Assembly (NCBI GenBank): GCA_039630085.1
Contig: JBCNVM010000003.1
Location: forward strand, 1-64,000
Reading direction: 5' to 3'
DNA: 64,000 nucleotides
Origin: Candidatus Caldarchaeales archaeon
Lineage (GTDB): Archaea > Thermoproteota > Nitrososphaeria_A > Caldarchaeales > Calditenuaceae
Each line of letters starts with the position of its first letter. Position 1 is the stretch's first letter. The notes under the pieces are model-generated. The model was not told the origin of the DNA and made no database searches. It worked only from the letters and a program-made list of their open reading frames with translations. Positions 37,935 to 48,466 of this stretch are shown here, in pieces. The position numbers and the translations under genes were made by a program.

Positions 37935-38063
37935 CCGGAGATCTTCGAGCCGGGCGCGGTCTTTACCTTTCGCCGCCGCGGGGATGACGCGAGTCCGACA
38001 GGAAAGCGCTGCCTCGGGGCCACAATATTTTTCAGATGGGGAGCAAGAGCTATAAACTGAGCC

Positions 38064-40724
38064 ATGCAGAAGCGGTACGTTTACCTCTTCGAGGAGGCGA
38101 AGGGTCTCACGAGGTTCGAGCTCGGGGGGAAGGGATACGGACTCGTCGAGATGAGCGCCGCCGGGCTGCCGGTCCCGCCGGGCCTCGTGATAACGACGGA
38201 GGCGTGCAGGGAGTACTACCGGAACGGAGGCACGATGCCGGAGGGGTTGATGGAGCAGGTCACGGAGAAGCTTAGGCAGCTCGAGGCGAAGACCGGGAAG
38301 AGGCTCGGGGACCCCGAGAGGCCGCTGCTGGTCTCGGTCAGGTCCGGCGCGCCGTACTCGATGCCGGGGATGATGGACACGATCCTGAACGTCGGGCTGA
38401 ACGACGGGGTGGTGAAGGCGCTCGCGAGGGCGACTGGGAACGAGAGGTTCGCCTACGACGCGTACCGCAGGCTCCTCCAGATGTTCGGGAGGATCGTCTT
38501 GGGCATCCCCGGCGAGAGGTTCGAGTCGGTGCTGAGGCAGCGCAAGGAGAGGGAGGGGGTCAAGCACGACCACGAGCTCCCGGTCGGCGCGCTGAAGTCG
38601 ATCGTCGAGGAGTTCAAGGCGATCATCAGGGAGCACTCCGGGAGGGAGTTCCCCCAGGACCCGCAGGAGCAGATCAGGATGGCGATCGAGGCGGTCTTCA
38701 GGTCCTGGAACAACCCGAGGGCCGTCGAGTACCGGAGGTACTACAAGATCAGCGACGAGCTGGGGACCGCGGTTAACGTTCAGACGATGGTCTTCGGGAA
38801 CATGGGCTTCGACTCCGGGACCGGCGTGGGGTTCACTAGGGACCCGTCGACGGGCGAGAAGAGGCTCTACGGGGAGTACCTGCCCAACGCGCAGGGCGAG
38901 GACGTCGTCGCCGGGATAAGGACGCCCCTGCCGATCGAGAGCGTCGAACCCGAGCTGAGGGCGAAGCTGGAGGAGGTCGCGGGCCTGCTGGAGAGGCACT
39001 TCAGGGACATGCAGGACTTCGAGTTCACCGTCGAGTCCGGGAAGCTCTACCTCCTCCAGACGAGGAACGGCAAGAGGACCGCGCAGGCCGCGGTGAAGAT
39101 AGCGGTCGACATGGTCAGGGAGGGCCTGATAACGGTCGAGGAGGCGCTGATGAGGGTCGAGCCCTCCGAGCTCGTCCACCTGCTCCACAGGAGGCTGGAC
39201 CCGCGGGCAAAGGTTCAGCCGATAGCGAAGGGACTCAACGCGTCGCCCGGCGTCGCGACCGGCAAGGTCGTCTTCACCGTCGAGGAGGCGGTCAGGCTGG
39301 CGTCCCAGGGCGAGAAGGTGATACTCGTGAGGCCGGAGACCACCCCCGACGACATCAAGGGGATCATCGCGGCCCAGGGAGTCCTGACCAGTAGGGGAGG
39401 GATGACCAGCCACGCCGCGGTCGTGACGAGGGGCATGGGCAAGCCCGCGGTGGTGGGCTGCGAGAGCATCAGGATCGACCTGGAGGCGGAGCAGTTCGTG
39501 ACCGAGGGCGGAGTAGTGGTGAGGAGGGGCGACGTCATCACCATCGACGGGTCGACGGGCAACGTGATGCTGGGAGAGGTCCCGACCGTCGAGCCCGAGA
39601 TGACGGAGGAGCTGAGGACGCTGCTCGGATGGGCCGACGAGGTGAGGAGGCTCGGGGTCAGGGCCAACGCGGACACGCCCGAGGCCGCGAGGAGGGCGAG
39701 GGAGTTCGGGGCCGAGGGCATCGGCCTCTGCAGGACCGAGAGGATGTTCAACGCGCCCGAGAGGCTCCCGATCGTAAGGGAGATGATAATGGCGACGAAC
39801 GAGGAGGAGAGGAAGAGGGCCCTCGAGAAGCTCTTCCCGCTTCAGCTGGGCGACTTCAAGGAGATCTTCAGGGCGATGAAGGGGCTTCCGGTCACGGTGA
39901 GACTGCTCGACTTGCCGCTCCACGAGTTCCTCCCGCCCATGGAGTCCCTCCTCACCGAGATCTACGAGGCCAAGCTGAGGGGCGTCCCGGAGGAGCAGCT
40001 CGCGGATAGGAGGGCGGTCCTCGCGAAGGTTGAGCAGCTCAGGGAGCACAACCCCATGATCGGGCACAGGGGATGCAGGCTCGCGGTCACGTACCCCGAG
40101 ATCTACAGGATGCAGGTGAGGGCGATACTGCGGGCCGCGATAGAGCTCCTGAGGGAAGAGGGCGAGACGGCGGAGGTCCAGATCATGACGCCGCAGACGT
40201 CGATGGCCTCGGAGCTCGCGTACCTGAGGAGGCTCGTGGAGGAGACCGCGGAGGAGGTCTTCGCGGAGATGGGGATCAGGATACCCTTCAAGTTCGGGAC
40301 GATGATCGAGACGCCGAGGGCCGCGCTCACGGCCGCGGAGGTCGCGAAGCGCGTCGACTTCTTCTCCTTCGGGACCAACGACCTCACCCAGACGACCTTC
40401 GCGTTCAGCAGGGACGACGCGGAGGCCAAGTTCCTCGCGCCGTACCTCGAGAAGGGGCTGCTGAAGGAGAACCCGTTCGAGGTCCTGGACCAGGAAGGCG
40501 TAGGGAGGCTCGTCAGGATCGCGACCGAGGAGGGGAGGGCCTCCAACCCGAGGCTCGAGGTCGGCATCTGCGGCGAGCACGGAGGCGAGCCGAAGAGCAT
40601 CGAGTTCTTCCACTCGGTAGGCCTCAACTACGTCAGCTGCTCTCCGTTCAGGATACCGATAGCGAGGCTCGCGGCCGCGAGGGCAGCGCTCAGGGGGAAG
40701 GTGGCCCAGGCGATAACGGTCTAG
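38064..40724 (+). CDS. ppdK: Pyruvate, phosphate dikinase
   Basis: LGGKG, LVSVRSGA..SMPGMMDT, NAQGEDVVAGIRTP, GGMTSHAAVV, EGIGLCRTE, FSFGTNDLTQ, GICGEHGG. Confidence 0.98.
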   Translation: MQKRYVYLFEEAKGLTRFELGGKGYGLVEMSAAGLPVPPGLVITTEACREYYRNGGTMPEGLMEQVTEKLRQLEAKTGKRLGDPERPLLVSVRSGAPYSMPGMMDTILNVGLNDGVVKALARATGNERFAYDAYRRLLQMFGRIVLGIPGERFESVLRQRKEREGVKHDHELPVGALKSIVEEFKAIIREHSGREFPQDPQEQIRMAIEAVFRSWNNPRAVEYRRYYKISDELGTAVNVQTMVFGNMGFDSGTGVGFTRDPSTGEKRLYGEYLPNAQGEDVVAGIRTPLPIESVEPELRAKLEEVAGLLERHFRDMQDFEFTVESGKLYLLQTRNGKRTAQAAVKIAVDMVREGLITVEEALMRVEPSELVHLLHRRLDPRAKVQPIAKGLNASPGVATGKVVFTVEEAVRLASQGEKVILVRPETTPDDIKGIIAAQGVLTSRGGMTSHAAVVTRGMGKPAVVGCESIRIDLEAEQFVTEGGVVVRRGDVITIDGSTGNVMLGEVPTVEPEMTEELRTLLGWADEVRRLGVRANADTPEAARRAREFGAEGIGLCRTERMFNAPERLPIVREMIMATNEEERKRALEKLFPLQLGDFKEIFRAMKGLPVTVRLLDLPLHEFLPPMESLLTEIYEAKLRGVPEEQLADRRAVLAKVEQLREHNPMIGHRGCRLAVTYPEIYRMQVRAILRAAIELLREEGETAEVQIMTPQTSMASELAYLRRLVEETAEEVFAEMGIRIPFKFGTMIETPRAALTAAEVAKRVDFFSFGTNDLTQTTFAFSRDDAEAKFLAPYLEKGLLKENPFEVLDQEGVGRLVRIATEEGRASNPRLEVGICGEHGGEPKSIEFFHSVGLNYVSCSPFRIPIARLAAARAALRGKVAQAITV

Positions 40725-41041
40725 CCGCAGCCGGCCTCGACGCTCAAGAGTATTGCGTAACCCCTGTAGGAGAACCTCACGGGCAGCCCGCCCCCCAACC
40801 CGACCTCCGCCAGCGCGGAGCTGAACTCGTTCAAGTCGACCTCCCTCACGACCGGGTCAGGAAGGACAGAGGGCACCTCGTCGCCGAACCTCTCGACCAG
40901 CGACCTCCTCGTCCCGAACCTCTCGACCGCCGTCCTCACCGCCTCGACGAGGCCGAGCCTGCGGAGGTCCTCCTCATCGAGCTCGGGCAGCGAGTCGTCG
41001 CCGAAGGTGGCCGTGACCTTCACCCTTACTGGCCGCGACAA
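40721..41041 (-). CDS. Hypothetical protein
   Basis: Genome-typical codon usage; fills the gap between neighbouring genes. Confidence 0.55.
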   Translation of the reverse strand: MSRPVRVKVTATFGDDSLPELDEEDLRRLGLVEAVRTAVERFGTRRSLVERFGDEVPSVLPDPVVREVDLNEFSSALAEVGLGGGLPVRFSYRGYAILLSVEAGCG

Positions 41042-41049
41042 GGGCCCCG

Positions 41050-42084
41050 CTACCGCGACCGGAGTTCCCGGATATCAACGTCCCCGCTGCCGCGGCCGGG
41101 CTGGGCCTGCCGCAACTGTTCCGCACCGGACCTGAGGGCCCTGAGACCCCTACCAATGCACCCGAACTTCGTGCTCATGTACGAGGAGAAGGCCGCGTTG
41201 CCCACCGAGGCCGCGAGCAGCAGCAGGCCCACTGCGTCTCCCGGGTCCCTGAGCAGGAGCACCGCCGGCACCGCGAAGGGGAAGGCCATGGACGCGATCG
41301 CGCCGGCGAAGTACATCGCCGCGTAGCCACGGTTTCCGGCCTTGCTGGACCTCCTGTCGATCCTTATGCCGAGGGCCAGCACGAGGGGCTTCAGCTTCGA
41401 GGGGAAGAAGGGAGCCTTGACCATCGCGGATATCCCGAGGAAGTAGTGGCTGAACTTCACCCCGACGAGCTCCCCGACGGCCCAGTGCATGAAGTCATGG
41501 GTGAAGAACCAGAGGAGGAACCAGGCCGCGAGCTTTCCGAGGGGATAGAGGGGCCAAGGCAGGTCAACGAACGCCAGGGCGAAGGCCAGGGCGATCATGA
41601 GGGCGCTGAGCGCGTTCCCTATGCCGAGCGGTATCCTGAAGGGGTCCCTGAAGGCCGGCCTGACGTCGACGCCGAAGAAGCTCCTGACAGCATCGATCCT
41701 GTAATCGAGGGCCCTCCTGAGGACCCGCTCCGCGACCGGCCTCAGAGGCATGCCCCTCACCTCGAACTCCTCGTGGACCCGGGTGGAGTTGCCCGCAGGC
41801 TCGAAGCGCTGCCTGTGCCAGAGCCTCCCGAAGGGGAACTCGTGGGTCTCGTGGACCGATCCGAGGTCGTCGAGCTGGACGATCCTGAAGGCCGCGGGGA
41901 AGTCCTGGTTGAGCAGCCTCACCGTCACCCTGTACTCGGCGCCCTCCCTGAGGGGCGTTGGGTCGCTGAGGAGCTTGATCCTGAACTGACTCGGCCAGAC
42001 CCTCTCGAGGTTGCGAGGGTCGTAGAAGAACCTCCTGACCTCCTCGACCGGTGCCGGAAGGACGTACTCGTACCTCAGGGTCAA
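41050..42084 (-). CDS. SRPBCC/START-like domain fused to M50-like membrane domain
   Basis: N-terminal APVEEVRRFF.DP.NL..V.P and PF..WH...F; C-terminal TMs with FFTHDFMHW and AG...S. Confidence 0.65.
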   Translation of the reverse strand: MTLRYEYVLPAPVEEVRRFFYDPRNLERVWPSQFRIKLLSDPTPLREGAEYRVTVRLLNQDFPAAFRIVQLDDLGSVHETHEFPFGRLWHRQRFEPAGNSTRVHEEFEVRGMPLRPVAERVLRRALDYRIDAVRSFFGVDVRPAFRDPFRIPLGIGNALSALMIALAFALAFVDLPWPLYPLGKLAAWFLLWFFTHDFMHWAVGELVGVKFSHYFLGISAMVKAPFFPSKLKPLVLALGIRIDRRSSKAGNRGYAAMYFAGAIASMAFPFAVPAVLLLRDPGDAVGLLLLAASVGNAAFSSYMSTKFGCIGRGLRALRSGAEQLRQAQPGRGSGDVDIRELRSR

Positions 42085-42251
42085 ACCCGATCCGTCTCCG
42101 CGCCCCCGAGAATAAGAGGCTCTCAGCTCGACGCCGTGCTGGATGGAGAGGTTACGGGTCGGACCGCGGGCGCGTCCCCGTCCGTACGCTGGCCCCGCGG
42201 AGCTGCTGGGCGGCCAACAGGTTTATGGGGCCGCGATCGGGGGAGGGCGGG

Positions 42252-42407
42252 ATGAGCGGCGCTCCAGGCGATCTCGAGCGGAGGCTCTCGCAGCTCGAGG
42301 CGGAGCTCAGGCAGCTGAGGGAAGCGGTGGAGAGGTTGGAGGACGAGGTCAGGGAGATCAGGTTGGAACTGGAGGACCTCTCCGCGAAACTCGAGGGAAG
42401 GGCTTGA
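42252..42407 (+). CDS. 51-aa coiled-coil protein
   Basis: Leu heptads LERRLSQLEAELRQLREAVERLEDEVREIRLELEDL; GGAGG upstream; overlaps next start. Confidence 0.65.
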   Translation: MSGAPGDLERRLSQLEAELRQLREAVERLEDEVREIRLELEDLSAKLEGRA

Positions 42408-43312
42408 GCGCCGTCGGGACCGGAGACCCCCTCGCTGCAGCGGACGCGGAGTTCTTCTGCAGGGACGAGTACTTCGACCACGTCGTCTACAGGGAGCTCG
42501 CGAAGGTCGAGAGGAACGGCCCCAGGAGGGAGCTGTTAGAGCGGCTCTCGGAGATGGAGGAGAAGCACTACAGGTTTTGGAGCGGTTACGCGGGCCCTGC
42601 CAGGGTGAAGGGCCTAAGGCTCAGGCTCTTCCTGATACTGCTCCTCAGGAGGCTGATGGGGGTGGTCTTCGTCATCAAGCTGCTCGAGCGTCACGAGTCC
42701 GAGGTGGTCGCGAGGTACAGGAGGCTCCTCGAGGGGCTCGACGGCGAGGTCCGGGAGAAGGTCGAGGAGTTCCTCAGGGACGAGGAGGTCCACGAGAAGT
42801 CCCTCATGTCCCAGATCGACGAGCCGGTCCTAAGGTACATCGGGTTCGTCGCCCTCGGCCTCTCCGATTCGATCATAGAGATCACCGGCGTCCACGCGGG
42901 CTTCTTGGGCGTGACCGCCTCCACGCTCGTGGCCGGCGTCGCGGGCCTGATAGTGGGCTTCGCGGCCTCGATCTCGATGGGGGTCGCGGCCTACCTGAAG
43001 GCTAAGAGCGAGCTGAGACACAGGCCGATCAGCTCGGGGCTCGTGACGGGCCTCGCGTACATGCTGAGCACCGTCCTGCTGGCCTCACCGTACTTCCTGA
43101 CCCACGAGATGCTGGCGGCGTTCGCGGCCTCCGTAGCCATCGCCGTCCTCCTCGCGACCGTGTTCACGTACTACGTCGCGGTCGTCCAAGACTTGGGCTT
43201 CAGGCGTGAGGCGCTGGAGAACACCGCGCTCTTGATGGGCACCGCTGCGGCCACTTACCTCTTCGGGGAGGCCCTCGGGACGGCCTTCGGGATACGGGCC
43301 GCGATCACGTGA
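42404..43312 (+). CDS. Rubrerythrin-domain VIT1/CCC1 family iron transporter
   Basis: DE...VY..LA, EEKH..FW, E..E, DEEVHE, LGLSDSIIE.TG..AG, AASISMG.AAYL. Confidence 0.88.
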   Translation: MSAVGTGDPLAAADAEFFCRDEYFDHVVYRELAKVERNGPRRELLERLSEMEEKHYRFWSGYAGPARVKGLRLRLFLILLLRRLMGVVFVIKLLERHESEVVARYRRLLEGLDGEVREKVEEFLRDEEVHEKSLMSQIDEPVLRYIGFVALGLSDSIIEITGVHAGFLGVTASTLVAGVAGLIVGFAASISMGVAAYLKAKSELRHRPISSGLVTGLAYMLSTVLLASPYFLTHEMLAAFAASVAIAVLLATVFTYYVAVVQDLGFRREALENTALLMGTAAATYLFGEALGTAFGIRAAIT

Positions 43313-43315
43313 GGC

Positions 43316-44794
43316 TCAGGCGATCCCCAGCCTCTCGTTCGCCTCGCGGAGCTCCCTCAGCAGCTTGACCCTCCACCTCCCGAAGCCCTCGGGCCTCTCG
43401 GGGTAGTCGAGGTAGTGCGAGATCAGCCTCCTGCTCTTGTTAGCGACGTAGCTCAGGCCCCTCGCGAGCTTGGGCCTCTCCCTCACCCTCCTCCTCAGCT
43501 CTCCGTCCATGAGCACCCGCAGGAAGTTCGTCAGCAGGGGGAACCTCGGGTGCTCCCTCCTCTTGATGCTCTCGATGTCGTCCTGGGAGAGGAAGTGCTT
43601 CATACCGAAGGAGATGTCGTCGTTGGGCAGGGTCTGGAGGTACCTCCTGAGGACCTCGAAGCTCGCCATCTGGTAGCCGTACTCGCGGACGTAGTTGACG
43701 TTATAGCTCCAGAGCCCGGCCTCGCTGACGTCCTTCGACTCGACGGCCTCAGCAAGCGTCCTCCCGAGTATCACGGAAGCGTAGAGGGCCGGCCCGATCC
43801 CTCCCGCGTCGATCGGCCTCGGCATCCAGGCCGCGTCGCCGACCACGACGAAGCCGTTCCCGACCAAGCAGTCGTTCTGCCTCCTGACGGGGACCTGCCA
43901 GACGCTGTAAACGTTCCCCCTGTCCGCCTCGCCCTCCGGGGGACTGGGGTTCGAGATCGCCCTGTTGGCTTTGACGTACTGGTCGATCAGCGAGGCGAGG
44001 TTGTCCCTCAGGCCGTGGGCCGCGTTCCTCCTGTCCAGAGCGGCCTTCTGGACTCCGAGACCGATGTTGACCTTGTTCTCGCCCTTCGGGAAGGTCCAGC
44101 AGTATCCTCCGGGCGCGAGGAACTGGTCGAGGTGGATGATACAGTACCTCGGGTCGAACCAGGTGTGGTCCTCGACGGCCCTCTCGAACTCGAGGATGTA
44201 CCTCCCGGTCCCCTCCATGTCGTGCTCCTTGTCGATCTCCCTCTCCATCTTCGCCTCGATGGGGAGGTTGGTCCTCAGGACCGAGGCCGAGCCGGACGCG
44301 TCGACCACGACCTTCGCCCTGACATCGAGGATGCTTCCGTCCCGCGAGGTGCACCTGACTCCCCTGACGAAACCGTCCTCCGCGATCAGCGACCTCGCGT
44401 CCACGCCGAACATCACTTCTACCCCGAACCTCTCCAGGTGCCGGAGCATCTTCTGGGGCCAGAGCCTCCTGTTGAGAAGATACCCCTCGCCGTCGAAGAG
44501 GACCTCCGTCTCGTGGTCGGGGGAGATGACCAGAACGCCGTCCACCTGGTGCTCCACCTCCGGCCACTCGTACCTGATGCCGAGGGAGTTCATCACGTGC
44601 TCGAGGCTCCTTTTGCTCACCGCGTCCCCGCAGGCCCACCCGCTCTTCGTCTTCTTCCCGAACTCCTCCCGGACGTTCCTGTCGATCAGGAGCACCCTCG
44701 CGTTCCCCTTCGAGAACTTCGCGACCGCCATCGCGGTGTGGGCTCCCGCTGGCCCGCCGCCGATGACCGCGACGTCGTATTCCAGCTTCATCAC
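43316..44794 (-). CDS. Digeranylgeranylglycerophospholipid reductase (GGR family)
   Basis: IGGGPAG, CGDAV, DASG, PGGYCWTFPKG, VGDAA..P...GGI. Confidence 0.88.
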   Translation of the reverse strand: MMKLEYDVAVIGGGPAGAHTAMAVAKFSKGNARVLLIDRNVREEFGKKTKSGWACGDAVSKRSLEHVMNSLGIRYEWPEVEHQVDGVLVISPDHETEVLFDGEGYLLNRRLWPQKMLRHLERFGVEVMFGVDARSLIAEDGFVRGVRCTSRDGSILDVRAKVVVDASGSASVLRTNLPIEAKMEREIDKEHDMEGTGRYILEFERAVEDHTWFDPRYCIIHLDQFLAPGGYCWTFPKGENKVNIGLGVQKAALDRRNAAHGLRDNLASLIDQYVKANRAISNPSPPEGEADRGNVYSVWQVPVRRQNDCLVGNGFVVVGDAAWMPRPIDAGGIGPALYASVILGRTLAEAVESKDVSEAGLWSYNVNYVREYGYQMASFEVLRRYLQTLPNDDISFGMKHFLSQDDIESIKRREHPRFPLLTNFLRVLMDGELRRRVRERPKLARGLSYVANKSRRLISHYLDYPERPEGFGRWRVKLLRELREANERLGIA

Positions 44795-44904
44795 AGGGCC
44801 GGCTCGGGAGATGTTATAAAACGTGATCGCGGCGACCGGGAGAGGCCGCGACCCGCGGGCATCGGATACGACCTTATAGCCCGAGCGGGCCTTCGGAGCC
44901 CGAG

Positions 44905-46176
44905 TTGGACAGGTACGACGTCGTGGTAGTGGGCGCTGGCGCCTTCGGACTCGGGTCGGCTTACCACTTGGCGAGGAGGGGCGCGGGCAGGATAGCGCTC
45001 GTGGACTCTCTCCCGGGACCCGGACAGGGGAACACCGGCAGGAGCGTCGGGGGGTTCAGGAAGGGCCTCTTCACGTCGGAGCTGAACAGGATGCTCTCGG
45101 AGTCGACGGTCGCGTTCCTCAGCGACCTCCAGAGGTCCGGAGTCGACCTGGGAATGCACAACGTTGGGTACCTCGTCCTCCTGAACGGGCCCCAGCTCGA
45201 GGCGAACGAGCGCGCCATCGGGGAGCTGGTGAGGAGGGGGAACGCGAGGCTCATCCGAGCGGAGGAGCTGAGGGAGCTCGTGCCCTGGATGAGGCTCGAG
45301 TTCGATGGCGACGAGGAGGCCGCGATCCTGGGTCTGAGGGACGTCGAGGCCGCGCTCTTCTCCGGCCAGTCGGGTTACCTAGATGTCGAGAAGCTCGTCA
45401 ACTACCTCCACGGTGAGGCCCTAGACGCGGGAGTGGAGCCGAGGTTCAGCGAGCGGGTTAGGAGGCTGAGGCTAGGGCCGGTCGTCTCGATAGGCCACCC
45501 GAGGGAGCCCTTGGCTTGGCAGGAGAAGAGGGTCGAGGCCCTCGAGACCGACAGGGGAGAGATAAGGGCGGACGTCGTTGTCCTGGCGACCGGCGCATGG
45601 ATCAACGAGCTCCTGGACCCGATAGGGATAGACTCGCACGTTAAGCCGAAGAAGCGCCAGGTCTTCTCGATCGAGGCCAAGGGCGATCTTAGGAGGTTCT
45701 TCGAGGTCGAGGGCTTCAACGAGTACTCCTCGCTCCCGATGACGTTCTTCCCGAGGGGTCCCTACGTCGTCCCGAGGGTGAGGGAGAGGGTCCTCTGGAC
45801 CGGGATGAGCGACGACGTCGGCAGGCCCTGGGGGATAGACTTCTCGCCCGAGGAGACCTTCTACCTCGACAACATCTACCCGACGCTGAGCAAGGTCTTC
45901 CCGGTCCTGAAGGACGTGAGGCCGACCAGCATGTGGGCCGGCTGCTACTCGATCAACGCGATCGACGAGAACCCTATCGCCTTCAGGTGGAGCAACCTGA
46001 TCGTGGTCACCGGAGGCAGCGGAAGCGGGGTGATGAAGTACGACGCCATGAGCAGGGTGGTCGCCTCGCTCGCGTTCGGTGAGGAGGAGGCGGTGCTCTA
46101 CACCGGTGAGCGTCTGCCGGTCTCTTGGCTGGGGATAAGGAACAGGAGGGCGGAACCGGAGTCGTTCGTCTTCTAG
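44905..46176 (+). CDS. FAD-dependent oxidoreductase (DAO/sarcosine oxidase beta/proline dehydrogenase-like)
   Basis: VVGAGAFG..AYHLA, NTGRS.GGFR, ATGAW, WAGCY, GGSGSGVMK. Confidence 0.85.
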   Translation: MDRYDVVVVGAGAFGLGSAYHLARRGAGRIALVDSLPGPGQGNTGRSVGGFRKGLFTSELNRMLSESTVAFLSDLQRSGVDLGMHNVGYLVLLNGPQLEANERAIGELVRRGNARLIRAEELRELVPWMRLEFDGDEEAAILGLRDVEAALFSGQSGYLDVEKLVNYLHGEALDAGVEPRFSERVRRLRLGPVVSIGHPREPLAWQEKRVEALETDRGEIRADVVVLATGAWINELLDPIGIDSHVKPKKRQVFSIEAKGDLRRFFEVEGFNEYSSLPMTFFPRGPYVVPRVRERVLWTGMSDDVGRPWGIDFSPEETFYLDNIYPTLSKVFPVLKDVRPTSMWAGCYSINAIDENPIAFRWSNLIVVTGGSGSGVMKYDAMSRVVASLAFGEEEAVLYTGERLPVSWLGIRNRRAEPESFVF

Positions 46177-46209
46177 CGAAGTGAATTCAATAGAACACGG
46201 AGCGGAGTT

Positions 46210-47613
46210 TCAGACGCCCTTTAGGTAGGGGAGGCCTTTGACCCAGGGGAGTTCTCGCTCGAGCTTCCTCAGGGACTCCGCGATCTGCTCCTCCGGGTAA
46301 TCGTAGGCCTGAAGCCTCCCCTCGAGGTGCTTGCCGTAGGCCTGGAGGTCGAAGTAGCCGTGCCCCGAGAGGTTGAAGAGGATGACCTCCTCCTCTCCGG
46401 TCCTCTTGCACCTTAGGGCCTCCTCAATCGCGAACTTGATCGCGTGCGAGGACTCGGGGGCGGGGACGATGCCCTCGGTCCTGGCGAAGAGCGTCGCGGC
46501 CTCGAAGACCTCGGTCTGCGTGTAGGCGCGGGCCTCGACCAGGCCCTTCTTCAGCAGGAGACAGAGGGTGGGCGCGTCCCCGTGATACCTGAGGCCGCCG
46601 GCGTGGATGGGAGGCGGCACGAAGTCGGACCCGAGCGTGTACATCGGGAGAAGCGGCGTGAGCTTCGCGGTGTCGCCGTAATCGTAGGTGTAGACGCCCT
46701 TGGTGAGCGTAGGGCAAGCGGTCGGCTCGGTCGCGACGAACCTCGTCCGCTTCGGGGCCTTCTTGGTTACGTGAACGTCGTAGTAGAAGGGCCAGAAGAT
46801 CCCTGAAAACGAGCTACCTCCTCCAACGCATCCGGCGATCACGTCGGGGTACTCGTCGAGCTTCGCGAGCTGTTCCTTCGCCTCGAGGCCGATGACCGTC
46901 TGGTGGATCAGGACGTGGTTCAGGACGGACCCGAGGGAGTACTTCGTCCCGTCGTGCTTCACCGCGTCCTCGAGGGCCTCGCTGATCGCGATCCCCAGGC
47001 TCCCGGGGTGCTCGGGGTCGGACTTCAGGAGGCTGCGGCCGTACTCGGTCCTGTCGCTGGGGCTCGGGTGGATCTCGGCCCCCCAGACCCTCATCAGGAG
47101 CGACCTGTAGGGCTTCTGCCTGTAGGAGGCCCTAACCATGTAGACCGTGCACCTCAGCCCGAAGAGCATCGTCGCGAAGGCGAGCGCCGAACCCCACTGG
47201 CCCGCGCCGGTCTCGGTCGTGAGCCGTTGGACGCCCTCCTTCGCGTTGTAGTAGGCCTGCGCGACCGCGGTGTTGGGCTTGTGGGACCCCGGGGGGCTGA
47301 CGCCTTCGTACTTGAAGTAGATCCTCGCAGGCGTCTTCAGGTGCCTCTCGAGCCGCTCGGCCCTGTAGAGGGGCGTCGGCCTCCAGATCCTGTAGACCTC
47401 CCTCACCTCCTCGGGGATCGGGATCCACCTCTCGCGGCTGACCTCCTGCTCCACCAGCTTCCTGGGGAAGATCCGCTCGAGGGCCTTCGGGTCGACCGGC
47501 CCCCTCGTCGTCGGGTCGATCGGCGGCGGCAGCGGCGACGGAAGGTCTGGGACCAGGTTGTACCACGACTTCGGGAGCTCGTCCTCGTTCAGTAGGACCT
47601 TCCTCTCGGCCAT
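46210..47613 (-). CDS. trpB2: Tryptophan synthase beta chain type 2
   Basis: [64 protein letters not shown]. Confidence 0.97.
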   Translation of the reverse strand: MAERKVLLNEDELPKSWYNLVPDLPSPLPPPIDPTTRGPVDPKALERIFPRKLVEQEVSRERWIPIPEEVREVYRIWRPTPLYRAERLERHLKTPARIYFKYEGVSPPGSHKPNTAVAQAYYNAKEGVQRLTTETGAGQWGSALAFATMLFGLRCTVYMVRASYRQKPYRSLLMRVWGAEIHPSPSDRTEYGRSLLKSDPEHPGSLGIAISEALEDAVKHDGTKYSLGSVLNHVLIHQTVIGLEAKEQLAKLDEYPDVIAGCVGGGSSFSGIFWPFYYDVHVTKKAPKRTRFVATEPTACPTLTKGVYTYDYGDTAKLTPLLPMYTLGSDFVPPPIHAGGLRYHGDAPTLCLLLKKGLVEARAYTQTEVFEAATLFARTEGIVPAPESSHAIKFAIEEALRCKRTGEEEVILFNLSGHGYFDLQAYGKHLEGRLQAYDYPEEQIAESLRKLERELPWVKGLPYLKGV

Positions 47614-47701
47614 GTGCGTCCGTCGGCCCGAAGCCTCCTATTCAAATCTGTCACGCTCCGGGGACAATCTTAAATGCTCAGGTGAGGAATCGGAGCCCGG
47701 G

Positions 47702-47773
47702 GCCCGGGTGGCCGAGCGGCGAGGCGGCGGCCTGCAGAGCCGCTTCACGCGGGTTCGAATCCCGCCCCGGGCT
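47702..47773 (+). tRNA. tRNA-Cys (GCA), U73 discriminator
   Basis: GCCCGGG/CCCGGGC acceptor, GCGGC-CT-GCA-GA-GCCGC anticodon arm, GCGGG-TTCGAAT-CCCGC T arm; TTAAA box upstream. Confidence 0.97.
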
Positions 47774-47853
47774 AGGCGGATCCGGACCCTCCGACCGAAC
47801 GCCCTCCGCGAATCGCCAACCGTCCCGGGGCTCTCGCGCGGCCCCAGTCCGGC

Positions 47854-48423
47854 TCAGAGGGCCATCAGCATGACCTCGGTCGCCTTCACCACGACCGCGA
47901 CCCTGCTCCCCTTCCTCAGGCCGAGCCTCTCGACCGACTGGGTCGTGACGACCGCCCTCACCTGCTGCGCGGGCTCCAGCTCGACCTCGACCATCGAGAC
48001 GACGTCGCCCCTCGTCACGGAGACGACCCTGCCCGCGAGCCTGTTCCTCGCGCTGAAGACCTCCTCGATCAGGGAGGCGACGAACCCGGGCCTGACGACC
48101 GACATCGCGCCGTAGTAGGCGACCAGGAGCTCGCTGCCCCTCTCGGTTAGTTGGGCTCCGCCTCCACCCCTTCCGCCCCTCGACCTGACGACCAGCCTGA
48201 GGCCGGTGGCCGCCTCCCCGGACCTGATCCAGCCCAGCCCCGTCTTCAGGGTGACTCCCAACGCCTCGCAGGCCCTCGAGACCGACCCGAACCTCCTGAT
48301 CCCGTCGAGCAGCTCGAAGAGGTCCCTCCTCAGCCTCACGGGTCTGCCCGGGAGCTCGACCTCGACCCACCTGCCCTCGACCCTCGCGACCGTCATGTAC
48401 CGTTGGGTAATTTTCCGCCCCAT
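47854..48423 (-). CDS. modE: ModE-like molybdate/tungstate regulator (HTH + TOBE/Mop)
   Basis: LLDGIRRFGSVSRACEALG, RGGRGGGGAQLT, SARNRLAG.V, VTTQSVERLGL..G..V...VKATEV. Confidence 0.85.
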   Translation of the reverse strand: MGRKITQRYMTVARVEGRWVEVELPGRPVRLRRDLFELLDGIRRFGSVSRACEALGVTLKTGLGWIRSGEAATGLRLVVRSRGGRGGGGAQLTERGSELLVAYYGAMSVVRPGFVASLIEEVFSARNRLAGRVVSVTRGDVVSMVEVELEPAQQVRAVVTTQSVERLGLRKGSRVAVVVKATEVMLMAL

Positions 48424-48439
48424 CCTTAAATCTCTACCC

Positions 48440-48466
48440 CCGTAATACCGCCTGGCGTTGTTACGG
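48440..48466. promoter_or_regulatory. Candidate ModE-type operator (inverted repeat)
   Basis: CCGTAATA-N11-TGTTACGG between the TTAAA box and the start of the ABC binding-protein gene. Confidence 0.5.

Noticed and set aside
37935-40613. 1151-aa minus-strand ORF
   Set aside because: Antisense shadow of ppdK caused by GC/codon bias; only the last 259 codons (HAD hydrolase) are real.
46210-47613. Second trpB copy as a novelty
   Set aside because: Coexisting operonic TrpB1 and stand-alone TrpB2 is well known in thermophiles.
47695-47708. Tandem GCCCGGG at the tRNA-Cys 5' end; tRNAs as integration (att) sites
   Set aside because: Only 7 bp and GC-rich; no integrase and no duplicated tRNA 3' halves were seen.
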